Positions 8,130-18,390 are shown, counted from the first letter of the stretch. The stretch is 64,000 bases of DNA from Eubacteriales bacterium (GCA_045655565.1 JAZOPN010000054.1:5875-69874); one strand, 5' to 3'. Notes: generated by a model not told the origin, from the letters alone. Numbers and translations: made by a program.

Positions 8130-9069
8130 TTTTCACACCTCCGAAGGGCTTCTTTGCCGTCCATCTCTCGATGTATGGAGAAAGGATGTTCATAAGAAGT
8201 ATTGCAAAGGACACGCCCTCGGGATAAGAGCCATAGAAGCGTATCAAAACCGTGATAAGACCTGCGCCAAGGGCGAATACCATCTTACCGCGAAGATTGA
8301 TGGGAGTGGTCGAATAGTCTGTTGCCATAAAGATAGCAACGATAAGAAGACCACCACCGAGAACGTGATATGTAGCCTCAACAACGCTGCCGCCGGTCAA
8401 AAGGATAGCAAGCACGAATACCGTGCCAACTAATATAACCGGCACGCGCCAGTTAATAACGCGCTTAGCCACAAGATATATGCCACCGACGATAAGAGCA
8501 AGAGCACAGCCCTCACCAATAGCACCGCCGCGCATACCGATGAGCATCTCGAAGAGAGTGGGAAGCTCGCTGACAAACGCGCCCTTACCAAGAGCCTCAA
8601 GAGGTGTAGCACCGCCGACAAGATTCTCCGTCGTGCCGAAGAGCGCGCCACCCGCAACGGTATCGGTGAATGCTACGATCATTAAAACGCGCGCGGTGAT
8701 AGCAGGGTTAGCGAAGTTGCAACCGATGCCACCGAAAAGGCACTTAACAACAACTATCGCAAACACAGCACCGACAATACACTGCCAGGGGGTTACGGTT
8801 GAGGGAAGACTGAGCGCTAGGAGCAGACCGGTAACGGTGGCACTAAGGTCACCTATCGACTGCGCGCGCTTAGTTATGATGTTGAAAAGAAACTCGGATA
8901 GCACCGCGCAGCCAACGCAAATAGCAATCATGGCGAGCGCATACCAACCGTGCCACACAACCGCCATCACAGCCGCAGGCGAGAGCGCAATTAGCACATC
9001 TCGCATAATGTGTGTTGTGGTTGTTGGGTGCTTAAAATGTGGAGAGGTGGTTACAATTAACTTTTCCAT
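8119..9069 (-). CDS. rnfD: Rnf complex subunit D
   Basis: 316 aa polytopic RnfD/NqrB pattern (..SPHFKH..FANPAITARV..MATDYSTTP..). Confidence 0.9.
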   Translation of the reverse strand: MEKLIVTTSPHFKHPTTTTHIMRDVLIALSPAAVMAVVWHGWYALAMIAICVGCAVLSEFLFNIITKRAQSIGDLSATVTGLLLALSLPSTVTPWQCIVGAVFAIVVVKCLFGGIGCNFANPAITARVLMIVAFTDTVAGGALFGTTENLVGGATPLEALGKGAFVSELPTLFEMLIGMRGGAIGEGCALALIVGGIYLVAKRVINWRVPVILVGTVFVLAILLTGGSVVEATYHVLGGGLLIVAIFMATDYSTTPINLRGKMVFALGAGLITVLIRFYGSYPEGVSFAILLMNILSPYIERWTAKKPFGGVKNEK

Positions 9070-9078
9070 TGTTCCTCC

Positions 9079-10422
9079 TTATTCCTTAGCTAGGGTGGCG
9101 AGGTGAGCCTTATACTCTCTCACCTCTGCCTTACCGATGCGGTTATTCTGCACAAGAGGGCGGTTAGCAGGACATACATACGAGCAACATCCACACTCCA
9201 TACAAAGGTTTATCTTATAATCCTCGAGCATAGTAACTCTATCCGCCTTGCCCTCAAGCTTAAGCGCACCGGCAAATGCAGTGGGATTGAGATTCAAGGG
9301 ACAGGCAGCAACACACCTACCGCAGTGGATGCACTGTGTCATAGGAGGCTCTGTGGACTCCTTAACATTAAGGATTGTGATAGCACCCGTCGTCTTGGTG
9401 ATAGGCTCATTAAAGGATGCCGCGGGACTACCCATCATAGGGCCGCCGAAAAGCACCTTGCCGGGTTTTTCCTTAAGACCGCCTGCAAACTCAAGAATAT
9501 CGCCAATCGAGGCACCTATGGGTGCTATAACATTCTTTGGCTCCTTGACTGCCGAGCCGTCAACGGTGACGCTCCTCTCTACTAGGGGCATACCCGTGTC
9601 GATATATTTAGCCAATATCGCAAGAGAGGTTACATTTATAACAATAACGCCGACATCCGCAGGGAGCTTACCCTCGGGAACAACGCGCCGAGTGGTGTTA
9701 TAGATAAGCACCTTTTCACCGCCCTGAGGATAGAGTGAGGGTAGAGGCTGCACCTTAACCTTGTCGTCATCTGAGAACACCTCACCGATCTTCTGTATGC
9801 ACTCAGGCTTATTCTTCTCGATACCGAATATAAAGGATGTTACCGCGGGGATATGCTCCTCAAGAAGTCTGATACCGCGCACAACCATGTCGGTGTCATC
9901 TAGCATGGTGCGTGTATCGCTTGTGATATACGGCTCACACTCCGCGCCATTGATAACAACGGTGTTGATAAGCCCCTTTTTCACCGCGTCGAGCTTGACC
10001 GAGGTGGGGAAGCCCGCACCGCCAAGACCGACAAGTCCCGACTCGCGCACAGCGCCGACAAAGCTATCAAAATCGGTCACAGTAGGGGGTACTATTCCCT
10101 CCATAGGTGTCATCTCGCCGTCCGAGGTGATACGAATTGCAGGCACTATTCTGCCGTCGGGGCGAAGATAGCTTTCTATCTTAGCAACCTTACCCGACAC
10201 AGAAGCATACACGGGCGAGGATACATATCCCGACGCCTCGGCAATCTTCTGTCCCACCTTTACAAGATCGCCAACCTTGACAATAGGTGTTGCGGGCGCA
10301 CCTATGTGCTGAGCCATAGGAAGAAGCACCTCTTTTGGGGGTGTCATTCTCACCGCAGGCATCGACGCCGTATTTTTACGGTGAGGAATATGAGTGTTTC
10401 CCAGAAACTTGAACCCAAACAT
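9079..10422 (-). CDS. rnfC: Rnf complex subunit C (NADH-binding, 2x[4Fe-4S])
   Basis: 447 aa. Contains GLVGLGGAGFPT, INGAECEPY, and CIHCGRCVAACP / CMECGCCSYVCP ferredoxin motifs. Confidence 0.9.
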   Translation of the reverse strand: MFGFKFLGNTHIPHRKNTASMPAVRMTPPKEVLLPMAQHIGAPATPIVKVGDLVKVGQKIAEASGYVSSPVYASVSGKVAKIESYLRPDGRIVPAIRITSDGEMTPMEGIVPPTVTDFDSFVGAVRESGLVGLGGAGFPTSVKLDAVKKGLINTVVINGAECEPYITSDTRTMLDDTDMVVRGIRLLEEHIPAVTSFIFGIEKNKPECIQKIGEVFSDDDKVKVQPLPSLYPQGGEKVLIYNTTRRVVPEGKLPADVGVIVINVTSLAILAKYIDTGMPLVERSVTVDGSAVKEPKNVIAPIGASIGDILEFAGGLKEKPGKVLFGGPMMGSPAASFNEPITKTTGAITILNVKESTEPPMTQCIHCGRCVAACPLNLNPTAFAGALKLEGKADRVTMLEDYKINLCMECGCCSYVCPANRPLVQNNRIGKAEVREYKAHLATLAKE

Positions 10423-10468
10423 TTTGTTTCCTTTCTTGCACTATAATGCACTGAGTTATGCTTTTGAT

Positions 10469-11500
10469 TTATTTATAGAGCGAAGCAAAGCCACGGCTCT
10501 CATATACTGTGTAATCTGCCGTTACCCACATTGCCTCAACATTATCGAGGCTGGATATAAGGTCTAAACCGTCCTCAAGTGGCATACAAAACAGGGCTGT
10601 CGTGAGGGCGTCGGCAAGTGCGCTGTCAGGCGTGATAACGCTGACGGATGTAAAATAGGTCGCGGGGTACAGGGTATCCTTATCTATTATATGATGATAC
10701 CTCTCGCCACCCGATATAAAATATCTCTCATAGTCACCGGAGGTCACAAGAGATGTGTCGGATATAGCGACAGTTTTAATTATATCACCGCTCGAATTTG
10801 GGTGAGTGATACCTACCGTCCAGGTAGCATCACCGCCCGACCTTGCGCCAACGAGCCTGATATTTCTGCCGATGTCAAGAGCGTAGCCCGAAACACCGCG
10901 CTCTATAAGTGCCTCGGCAATCCTCTCGGTAGCATAGCCCTTGGCTATCGCGCCAACATCGAGGGACATCTCGGGGTCGCGTAGATAGACCGTCCTCGCC
11001 GCCCTGTCGACTTCAACATCATCAATATTGGTGTGCTTACTCGCCGCAAGCAGAGCCTCTCTCTGTGGTAGAGCTCCCTCTCCCCCGTTGGCTGTCTCTC
11101 GCGCTTTATGCCATAGCTCAAGCACGGCACCCATGGCAATATTCACCTTGCCCCGTGTGAGGTTATACATCTCTTTAGAATAGTCGATAAGGTCGATTAT
11201 CTCATCATCAACCTCTACGGGGTTGACACCGGCATTATCGTTAATCGTCTTGATATTGTTTAGCCCGGAATATTCATAGTATTTGTCATAAAGCTTATGA
11301 TACCTCGCAAGCATACTCTCAACAAGGTCGGCATTCTTATCAAACGCACTTTTACTCTCAAGCGCATAGGAATTCACCTGTGAGCGAGTGTTGAAATACT
11401 CATAGAGAACCTTTTTGTGCGAGAGCCTCCCCGTAGCGCAAGAGGAAAGGAGAGCAAGGACAAGCACAATCACCAGCATAAAAGCCAATATTCTTTTCAT
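10469..11500 (-). CDS. apbE: FAD:protein FMN transferase (ApbE family) lipoprotein
   Basis: Lipobox LLSSC. ApbE pattern (..LDVGAIAKGYA..TSGDYERYF..YHHIIDKDT..). Located directly upstream of rnfC. Confidence 0.85.
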   Translation of the reverse strand: MKRILAFMLVIVLVLALLSSCATGRLSHKKVLYEYFNTRSQVNSYALESKSAFDKNADLVESMLARYHKLYDKYYEYSGLNNIKTINDNAGVNPVEVDDEIIDLIDYSKEMYNLTRGKVNIAMGAVLELWHKARETANGGEGALPQREALLAASKHTNIDDVEVDRAARTVYLRDPEMSLDVGAIAKGYATERIAEALIERGVSGYALDIGRNIRLVGARSGGDATWTVGITHPNSSGDIIKTVAISDTSLVTSGDYERYFISGGERYHHIIDKDTLYPATYFTSVSVITPDSALADALTTALFCMPLEDGLDLISSLDNVEAMWVTADYTVYESRGFASLYK

Positions 11501-11609
11501 AGCCTAAGCCTCTCCTTATAATCTCCCAAAACAGGGGTATAAACGCAAGCGAGGCAGGTGCGCACGCACTAGGGTGTGAAAGCCGCAGTCCTACGCGCGC
11601 ATAGCAGAA

Positions 11610-11631
11610 GCGCGCGCACCAAGGCGCGCGC
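11610..11631 (-). terminator. GC-rich hairpin after the lipoprotein gene
   Basis: GCGCGCGC-N6-GCGCGCGC stem just downstream (minus strand) of the stop at 11657. The U-tract is weak. Confidence 0.4.
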
Positions 11632-11656
11632 ATAAAGCTCGCTATAGGAAATTCAA

Positions 11657-12295
11657 TTACTGTCCGTCCACGGGCGCGGGCTTAACCGCCACTCTGTCAA
11701 TATAGGCAGAGCTGGCGACGGCCTGCATACGGAATAGTGCAGTAGCGGTAATGACCGATATATACTCGCTACCATCAATTTTGCCTGATAGCACAAGCGC
11801 AAGATGAGGATCGCCGCTCATATCAAACGCCTTGCCATCCTCGCTCTTGAATGCCGCCTCAACAGCAGCAATATAAGGCTCTACCGCAATGGTGCATCCT
11901 GCAACGATTTCAGCCCCCTTAGTTTCGATAGCAAGAGCCTCATCGCGTGTCTTGCCGACAAGCGCACGCTCAAGGTACGCAACCTGCTCATACCACTCGC
12001 CAATAGCGGCAGGGTTATAGGTCGCCATATTGTAGTCATCGCCGAGAGCTTTCTTAGAGATTGGCTCTGAGGTGCTATTGCCAATCTCGGGATAGCTAAT
12101 CTCGTCTATTCTTGCAAGAGCAATTCTACCCTCACCGTCAAGCACAAGAGCGCAAACCGAGAGAGTGGTCTCGCCATCCTTCTCGGTAACAACTCTACCA
12201 ACTACAAGAGTATGCTCCGAGGGCATAAGGTCGCAGCTAACAAGCGCAAGCACAAGAAGCGCAACAATCATAATTACGGATACTAATTTTTTCAT
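11657..12295 (-). CDS. Lipoprotein with FMN_bind-like domain (possible ApbE substrate)
   Basis: Lipobox LVSC. The segment ..KKALGDDYNM..WYEQVAYLERALVGKT..EIVAGCTIAVEPYIAAVEAAF resembles the FMN_bind layout (..W.EQ...LE..GK....D.VSGATITS.AV..AV..A.), but with AGCT in place of SGAT. Confidence 0.5.
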   Translation of the reverse strand: MKKLVSVIMIVALLVLALVSCDLMPSEHTLVVGRVVTEKDGETTLSVCALVLDGEGRIALARIDEISYPEIGNSTSEPISKKALGDDYNMATYNPAAIGEWYEQVAYLERALVGKTRDEALAIETKGAEIVAGCTIAVEPYIAAVEAAFKSEDGKAFDMSGDPHLALVLSGKIDGSEYISVITATALFRMQAVASSAYIDRVAVKPAPVDGQ

Positions 12296-12449
12296 TTTTT
12301 ATCTCGCGATCGTAATTTATTTTGGTATAATCAAAATCAGGTTCAATCCCAAGGTATCAAAGCGCGATACAGAGCTTTGCGATAAAGCCGATGGCACAGT
12401 TGCCTATGTCGAGGCGATTGAGTCGACGGATATCTGAAGTATGACGCCG

Positions 12450-13955
12450 TTAATTTACACTTGTAGTCGTGCGAAGCATTACGTCGTGATACCCACCCTC
12501 CACTATACTCGTCGCAGAAACAAGCGTAAGCTTTGCTTTCTCTTGGAGCTCGGGGATGGTAATGGCACCGCAGTTGCACATTGTAGATTTTACTTTATAG
12601 AGGGATTTTTCTACATTATCGTGGAGAGAGCCGGCGTAGGTTACATAGGAGTCAACGCCCTCTTCAAAGGACAGCTTAGACTTACCGCCGAGGTCATAGC
12701 GCTGCCAGTTCTTGGCGCGATTAGAGCCCTCGCCCCAATACTCCTTAACATACTGACCGTTCACCATAATCTTAGGTGTGGGAGACTCGTCAAAGCGAGC
12801 GAAATATCTACCGAGCATCATAAAGTCGGCACCCATAGCAAGGGCTAGGGTCATATGATAATCGTGAACTATACCACCGTCCGAGCAGATAGGAATATAT
12901 ACACCTGTCTTCTTGTAGTATTCATCACGAGCAGCCGCAACCTCGATAACCGCACTCGCCTGACCGCGACCGATACCCTTGGTCTCACGGGTGATACAGA
13001 TAGAGCCGCCGCCAATACCAATCTTGATGAAGTCGGCACCGCACTCGGCGAGGAACATAAAGCCCTCTCTGTCAACGACATTACCCGCGCCAACCTTAAC
13101 GGTGTCGCCATAGTTCTTTCGGATATACTCGAGCGTCTTCTTCTGCCAGATGGTATAGCCCTCGGAGGAGTCGATACAGAGTACATCTGCACCTGCCGCG
13201 ATAAGCGCGGGCACGCGCTCTTCATAGTCGCGTGTGTTTATACCTGCGCCAACTATGTAGCTCTTGTTAGCGTCAAGAAGCTCCTGGGGGTTCTCCTTAT
13301 GCTGGGAATAGTCCTTACGGAATACGAAATACTTAAGGTGACCATCCTTGTCTATGATGGGCAGGGAGTTTAGCTTGTGCTCCCAGATGATGTCATTAGC
13401 CTCCTTTAGGGTTGTGCCCTCGGGAGCGGTGATAAGCTTCTCGATAGGTGTCATAAAGGTGGAAACAACGGCATCGGTAGACATACGGCTAACTCGATAG
13501 TCACGGCCTGTCACGATACCAAGAAGCTTACCTGTTGCTGTACCGTCATCGGTAACCGCCATTGTCGAATGACCATTCTCCTCTACGAGGTCGAGAACAT
13601 CAGCAAGGGTGGATGAGGGAGTGAGGTTCGAGTCACTGACAACAAATCCAGCCTTATATCCCTTAACACGAGCGACCATAGCCGCCTGCGCCTCTATCGA
13701 CTGCGAGCCGTAGATGAACGATACTCCGCCCTCCTTAGCAAGCGCGATAGCAAGAGTGTCATTCGAGACAGACTGCATGATAGCACTAGTCATAGGAATG
13801 TTCATCATAATGGGGCATTCCTCTGTGTCAGGTCTATACTTGACAAGTGGTGTGCGTAGCGATACATTCTGCGGTACGCATCTCTCGTCAGTATAACCGG
13901 GTATAAGAAGGTACTCGCTAAAGGTATGCGATGGTTCGGTAAGATAGGTTGCCAT
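12450..13955 (-). CDS. guaB: IMP dehydrogenase
   Basis: 501 aa. CBS pair region, catalytic loop [12 protein letters not shown], and GADFMMLG. Confidence 0.9.
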   Translation of the reverse strand: MATYLTEPSHTFSEYLLIPGYTDERCVPQNVSLRTPLVKYRPDTEECPIMMNIPMTSAIMQSVSNDTLAIALAKEGGVSFIYGSQSIEAQAAMVARVKGYKAGFVVSDSNLTPSSTLADVLDLVEENGHSTMAVTDDGTATGKLLGIVTGRDYRVSRMSTDAVVSTFMTPIEKLITAPEGTTLKEANDIIWEHKLNSLPIIDKDGHLKYFVFRKDYSQHKENPQELLDANKSYIVGAGINTRDYEERVPALIAAGADVLCIDSSEGYTIWQKKTLEYIRKNYGDTVKVGAGNVVDREGFMFLAECGADFIKIGIGGGSICITRETKGIGRGQASAVIEVAAARDEYYKKTGVYIPICSDGGIVHDYHMTLALAMGADFMMLGRYFARFDESPTPKIMVNGQYVKEYWGEGSNRAKNWQRYDLGGKSKLSFEEGVDSYVTYAGSLHDNVEKSLYKVKSTMCNCGAITIPELQEKAKLTLVSATSIVEGGYHDVMLRTTTSVN

Positions 13956-13995
13956 AATTAGTCCCTCACTTTAATAATTTAATAATATTTTTTAT

Positions 13996-14024
13996 ATTGT
14001 AACACATACCCGCGCGCTTGTCAA
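13996..14024 (-). promoter_or_regulatory. Sigma-A-like promoter for guaB
   Basis: Minus strand TTGACA-17 nt-TACAAT with TG extension (TGTTACAAT), ~40 nt upstream of the ATG at 13955. Confidence 0.6.
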
Positions 14025-14046
14025 TGGTATTTTTTACTTTAAGCAG

Positions 14047-14076
14047 TAAAAGAAGGCACACCGAACACGGAGTGCC
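14047..14076 (-). terminator. Terminator after the cyclophilin gene
   Basis: GGCACTCCG/CGGTGTGCC stem (one mismatch) followed by TTCTTTT on the minus strand. Confidence 0.6.
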
Positions 14077-14091
14077 TCCCAAATGATGAGT

Positions 14092-14844
14092 TTATTCTTC
14101 GATAACCTTAATATACTCGATTACCGCCTGCTTTGTCTTGTCTGAAATCGTTCCACTTCCGGCATCGACAAACTTAACCGTAGCTGAGGTTATTCTGTCG
14201 ACAACCGACATACCCTCGACAACGTAGCCAAACGAGGCATACTGACCGTCGAGCCACTCAGCATCGGCATTACAAATGAAGAACTGACAGGACGCGGAGT
14301 TGTAGCCCTCGTCAATGTTGCCAAATTCGTCATAATGTCTACCGGAGCGCGCCATTGAAATAACACCGCGCTTATGGAGGATATCGTTATCATCATATCC
14401 ATTAGCCTCAAACTCGCCGTATATCTTCTCGTCAAGACCGCCACCGCCTGTACCCTCGGGGTCACCGCCCTGTATCATAAAGTCGGTCATAACTCTATGG
14501 AAAGTCAATCCATCATAGAAGCCCTCGTTTACAAGGTCAACAAAATTTTTGACCGTCTTAGGCGCTGTTGTAGCATCGAGAAGAAGTTTTATCTTACCGT
14601 ATCCCTTAACGCTCATCTCAACATAGGTTATGTCTCTACCCTCAAGGTTTCTGTCTTTGTAGTAGGCTGTTCCATCGTAGGATAGAGTTATAACCGCAAG
14701 GATAACACCAATTATGATAGCGCAAACAAGCACTGCCGCGGATACCATAAGAGCCTTCTTGGCTACGGCACCGCCATTTGTGGGTCTTTCTGTCGGGGTC
14801 TCAAATGTTATATGATAATTACTGTTTTTCTTTTTCCTTCCCAT
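14092..14844 (-). CDS. Membrane-anchored cyclophilin-type peptidyl-prolyl isomerase
   Basis: N-terminal TM helix, then ..FVDLVNEGFYDGLTFHRVMTDFMIQGGDP..SMAR..SQFFI.., cyclophilin hallmarks. Confidence 0.85.
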   Translation of the reverse strand: MGRKKKNSNYHITFETPTERPTNGGAVAKKALMVSAAVLVCAIIIGVILAVITLSYDGTAYYKDRNLEGRDITYVEMSVKGYGKIKLLLDATTAPKTVKNFVDLVNEGFYDGLTFHRVMTDFMIQGGDPEGTGGGGLDEKIYGEFEANGYDDNDILHKRGVISMARSGRHYDEFGNIDEGYNSASCQFFICNADAEWLDGQYASFGYVVEGMSVVDRITSATVKFVDAGSGTISDKTKQAVIEYIKVIEE

Positions 14845-14878
14845 ACATACCTCGCAAATAATTGTTTATATTTTTTGT

Positions 14879-15907
14879 TTATAGACACTTAGAAATAAAT
14901 ATCTCAATAGCCGTATAACCTGACACGCCCCCATACTTAGCATCTACATCGACGCGAGATAGTTCGTTCAGTATTGCTGCGGATGCACCCGGCTTAAAGA
15001 GCTTCGACGCCCTGATATAATTCTTGACCTTGTATGGGTGCATACCTGTCGCGCTCTCCACCTCTGCCTGTGGAATGCCTCCCTCAAGCATAGAGGTAAC
15101 AGCAAGTAGCTCGGAGTATGTGCGCGCCATCATTCCCAAAATCATCGTCGGGTCCTGCCTCTCGCGCTTCATCTCGTCAAGAGCGAGAAAGGCGGCGGGT
15201 TTATTTCTCTCAAGAATAGCATTATTTAGGGCGTACGTGTCGCACTCAATAGTAGAGGACGCAACCTCGCTCACATCTGTCGGGGTTAGCGTGTCTCTAC
15301 CCGTCGCCTTAAGATATGCTGAGAGCTTCGCTACCTCGTTAGCCAGCACATCCATAGCCCTGCCGGAGCGAAAAATTAGGCCCTCCAGCGTATCGCGCGA
15401 GGAAATAATGCCCTCAGCCTCAAAGTGTTTCTTCAACCAGGATATCAGCTGTGTATCCGTTGATTTTGGAAAGTTTAGTATATTAACACTCTTTCCAAAT
15501 CTGCGAACAAACTTTCCCGGTTTTTTCTCTGTCCCGAGGTCGATATCACCCTCTGACGCAAGAAAAGCAAGCACCGCATAATCATATTCCGAGAGCAGTT
15601 CTATAACCTCCTCGAAAGCCGTAAGTTCAGCCTCTCTCATCGACGAAAATGTCGGGTAACGCCACTCGATAAACTTGAAGTCCTCCATCATAGGCGGTGC
15701 CTTGATAGCCTCTATCACAGCATCAAAGCTCCCCTCCTTGCCATCAAGAACAAGGTGATTAAAGGTCGCAAAGGTCTCATCAGACACTGCCGCCGTTCGT
15801 AAAGATGCTAGGTAATATCGCTTGAGATAATCCTCCTCACCCGCGAAGATATAACACCCCGCAAGATTTCGCGCCTTTATTCTCTCTCTTAGCTCCTTAT
15901 CGTTCAT
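14879..15907 (-). CDS. holA: DNA polymerase III delta subunit
   Basis: 342 aa with the N-terminal ..YIFAGEEDYLKRYY.. pattern and delta-like length and layout. Confidence 0.8.
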   Translation of the reverse strand: MNDKELRERIKARNLAGCYIFAGEEDYLKRYYLASLRTAAVSDETFATFNHLVLDGKEGSFDAVIEAIKAPPMMEDFKFIEWRYPTFSSMREAELTAFEEVIELLSEYDYAVLAFLASEGDIDLGTEKKPGKFVRRFGKSVNILNFPKSTDTQLISWLKKHFEAEGIISSRDTLEGLIFRSGRAMDVLANEVAKLSAYLKATGRDTLTPTDVSEVASSTIECDTYALNNAILERNKPAAFLALDEMKRERQDPTMILGMMARTYSELLAVTSMLEGGIPQAEVESATGMHPYKVKNYIRASKLFKPGASAAILNELSRVDVDAKYGGVSGYTAIEIFISKCL

Positions 15908-15910
15908 AAC

Positions 15911-16360
15911 TCACCTTCTCTTCGCCGTAATCTTCATACGGCAGGCCTTGTCCGCACCGCCAACGCTCATAGAATAGAAAATCTGTATATAGCCACCATC
16001 GCGCGAGAGATTGTTGCGTATTTTTTTACAAAACACCGTCATATCGAAGCTGTAAGGCGGTACGGAATATATGGTAGAGCACTCCTCGCCCTCGGCAAAA
16101 TCGAGGTCATAATTTGACGAGCCACGGCGCGATAACTTGACACGCCCACCATCTACGACGAGTTCGGTATGCGCCCTCTCGCCATCTGTGTTCTCGTTAT
16201 AGGAAATGTATAGACGGTCTGTCCCGCCCATATCCTCCACCTTTAAGAAACCCACTTGCGTCGTGATGCTAATCTCAGGCTCTCCGTCGGGCATACCGAC
16301 ATCATCGAGATTATCTATAACCGAGTGAACGGTAAAGTTACAGTCGTAAATAAACGGCAT
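15911..16360 (-). CDS. DUF1934 (YwiB-like) beta-barrel protein, tentative
   Basis: 149 aa. The alternating beta pattern ..LYISYNE..TELVVDGGRVKLSRRGS..DLDFAEGE..IQIFYSM.. resembles DUF1934. Recalled similarity only. Confidence 0.5.
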   Translation of the reverse strand: MPFIYDCNFTVHSVIDNLDDVGMPDGEPEISITTQVGFLKVEDMGGTDRLYISYNENTDGERAHTELVVDGGRVKLSRRGSSNYDLDFAEGEECSTIYSVPPYSFDMTVFCKKIRNNLSRDGGYIQIFYSMSVGGADKACRMKITAKRR

Positions 16361-16382
16361 AAGCCCTCCTCTCCATAATGAA

Positions 16383-16411
16383 CAAAAACGGCTGTCAATG
16401 TCGACAACCGT
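16383..16411 (-). terminator. Terminator after the MGS-like gene
   Basis: ACGGTTGTC/GACAGCCGT stem (one G-U pair) followed by TTTTG on the minus strand. Confidence 0.55.
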
Positions 16412-16424
16412 AGATTTTTGATTA

Positions 16425-16856
16425 TTAACCTCTGCGTTTTCTAATATTATAATCGCTCAGGGGGTTAAGGAAGTCGCGCCAATTAAGGCTGCCCGCCTCC
16501 AACGCCATAATAAGCACCTCGGCAGTAGCGATATTAGTCGCGAGCGGAACATTATAAACATCGCAAAGGCGAAGAAGATTAGTATCAGACTCAAACTCCT
16601 CACGCGAGCTGTCTGTGCTCCTAAAGTAGAATACGAGGTCAATCTCGTCGTAAGAAACCTTAGCGGAAATCTGGTCTGTACCGCCAAACTCACCCGACAG
16701 GAAGGTCTCTATCTCAAGTCCGGAGGCATCTGAAATGTAAATGCCGGTAGTCTGGGTTGCATATAAGTGATGTTTAGAAAGAATACCACAATACGCAATA
16801 CAAAACTGCGCCATCAATTCTTTTTTATTGTCATCTGCAATAAGTGCTATATGCAT
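16425..16856 (-). CDS. Methylglyoxal-synthase-like (MGS domain) protein with divergent active-site positions
   Basis: IALIADDNKK..LYATQTTG..LSGEFGGTDQISA..NVPLATNIATAE parallels MgsA (IALVAHD..LYATGTTG..SGPMGGDQQ..NIPVATN). Confidence 0.7.
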   Translation of the reverse strand: MHIALIADDNKKELMAQFCIAYCGILSKHHLYATQTTGIYISDASGLEIETFLSGEFGGTDQISAKVSYDEIDLVFYFRSTDSSREEFESDTNLLRLCDVYNVPLATNIATAEVLIMALEAGSLNWRDFLNPLSDYNIRKRRG

Positions 16857-16912
16857 TTCGCTGAAACCTCCCTCTTTTTAATGCCAAAGGTGGCAAAAAA
16901 TTATTTTAGAAT

Positions 16913-16941
16913 AGTATAACATACTGCACGTGTTTTGTCAA
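16913..16941 (-). promoter_or_regulatory. Sigma-A-like promoter for the MGS-like/DUF1934/holA block
   Basis: Minus strand TTGACA-17 nt-TATACT with TG extension (TGTTATACT). Confidence 0.5.
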
Positions 16942-17100
16942 TCGAATATTTGAATAAATTTTGCGGATATGCAGTAAATATTTTGCACACAGAAGGGCGT
17001 GATAAAAGGATTTTTAACCGTCAACTAAACCGGCTTAAATAAATTTGGAATTTTTTTTGAAAAATGCTATATTTTTTGAGGATTTTTTGCTAATTTACCA

Positions 17101-17129
17101 TTGAAAATCTGTATAAAACAATGTATAAT
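17101..17129 (+). promoter_or_regulatory. Candidate promoter for pfkA
   Basis: TTGAAA-17 nt-TATAAT, ~145 nt upstream of the ATG at 17274. Confidence 0.45.
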
Positions 17130-17273
17130 AATTTGTGAATCGAGCAAAGTTTTGAGATACAGGCAATACTAGGCAGGCAAAGATGGTAAAAGACTAATGG
17201 CTTTTCATCCTGCACCCTGAAATCCTACTCAATAATCGATATTTTGTGACCCCGCCGTGGAGGTATAACGATT

Positions 17274-18338
17274 ATGAAAGAATTTAAGAGAATTGGCGTT
17301 TTGACATCGGGCGGCGACGCCCCCGGAATGAACGCTGCTATTCGTGCGGTTGCGCGTATGTGCATCGCTCAGGATGTAGAAATTATGGGTATTTTTAGAG
17401 GATACTCGGGTCTTATTGAGCGCGATATTCGTCCTCTTGAGATTCGCGATGTTTCCAATATCATAAACAAGGGCGGCACTATGCTCTATTCCGACAGGTG
17501 CCCCGAATTTCAGACGCCGGAGGGAATGGCGAAGGCTGTTGAGACCTGCCGTGAATTCGGCATCGACGGCATCGTTGCCATCGGTGGTGACGGTACATTC
17601 CGTGGCGCGACCGAGCTTACCGCAAACGGTGTGCCATGCATAGGCATTCCCGGCACAATAGATAACGACATCGCCTCTACCGATAACACCATCGGCTACG
17701 ACACCGCGATGAACACGGTTATAGACCTTGTCGACAAGCTGCGCGACACCTGCGAGTCTCACGCGAGATGCAATGTTGTTGAGGTTATGGGACGCGGTGC
17801 GGGTGACATAGCGCTTAACACGGGTATAGCATCGGGCGCTACCGCGGTTATTATTCCCGAGTTTGATTTCAATGACGATTTGTTAATCGAGCAAATAAAC
17901 ACAGCTCGCCGTCTTGGTAAGCGAAACTTCATCATCATCGTGTCTGAGGGCGTTGGCTCTAAGTACGCGCCTATGCTGGCTAGAAAGATTGAGGACGGAA
18001 CAGGAGTCGAGACGAAGTTTGCAAGGCTGGCACATGTTGTCAGAGGTGGAAACCCCACTCTGCGCGACAGAGTTTTGGCATCTACAATGGGCGCTCTCGC
18101 GGTAACAGAGCTTCTTAAGGGGAACTCCAACCTGGTTATGTGCGAGAGAAAGGGAGTTATCGTTGCGCGCGACATTAACTACGCGCTCGTACTTGACAGG
18201 ATGATGAAGTTCAAGCTGAAAGAAGGAGATCTCGACCGCTTCAGCGCGGATGAGATAGCAGAGATGGAGCGCGAGATACGCGAGCGTCGCGCCTCTATGG
18301 CTAGGCTCTACGGTGTTTCCAAGACTATTAATCTTTAA
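17274..18338 (+). CDS. pfkA: ATP-dependent 6-phosphofructokinase
   Basis: IGVLTSGGDAPGMNAAIR, GGDGT, GIPGTIDNDI, MGR. It carries a ~35 aa C-terminal extension relative to the ~320 aa canonical length. Confidence 0.9.
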   Translation: MKEFKRIGVLTSGGDAPGMNAAIRAVARMCIAQDVEIMGIFRGYSGLIERDIRPLEIRDVSNIINKGGTMLYSDRCPEFQTPEGMAKAVETCREFGIDGIVAIGGDGTFRGATELTANGVPCIGIPGTIDNDIASTDNTIGYDTAMNTVIDLVDKLRDTCESHARCNVVEVMGRGAGDIALNTGIASGATAVIIPEFDFNDDLLIEQINTARRLGKRNFIIIVSEGVGSKYAPMLARKIEDGTGVETKFARLAHVVRGGNPTLRDRVLASTMGALAVTELLKGNSNLVMCERKGVIVARDINYALVLDRMMKFKLKEGDLDRFSADEIAEMEREIRERRASMARLYGVSKTINL

Positions 18339-18390
18339 TAATTATCTCTTCACGAGAAAGAGGCTGCTTCATTTAGGGCAAACCTGCAAA

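Noticed and set aside
13956-14091. Purine/guanine riboswitch upstream of guaB.
   Set aside because: The leader after the TTGACA-17-TACAAT promoter is only ~40 nt and AT-rich. There is no three-way-junction sequence.
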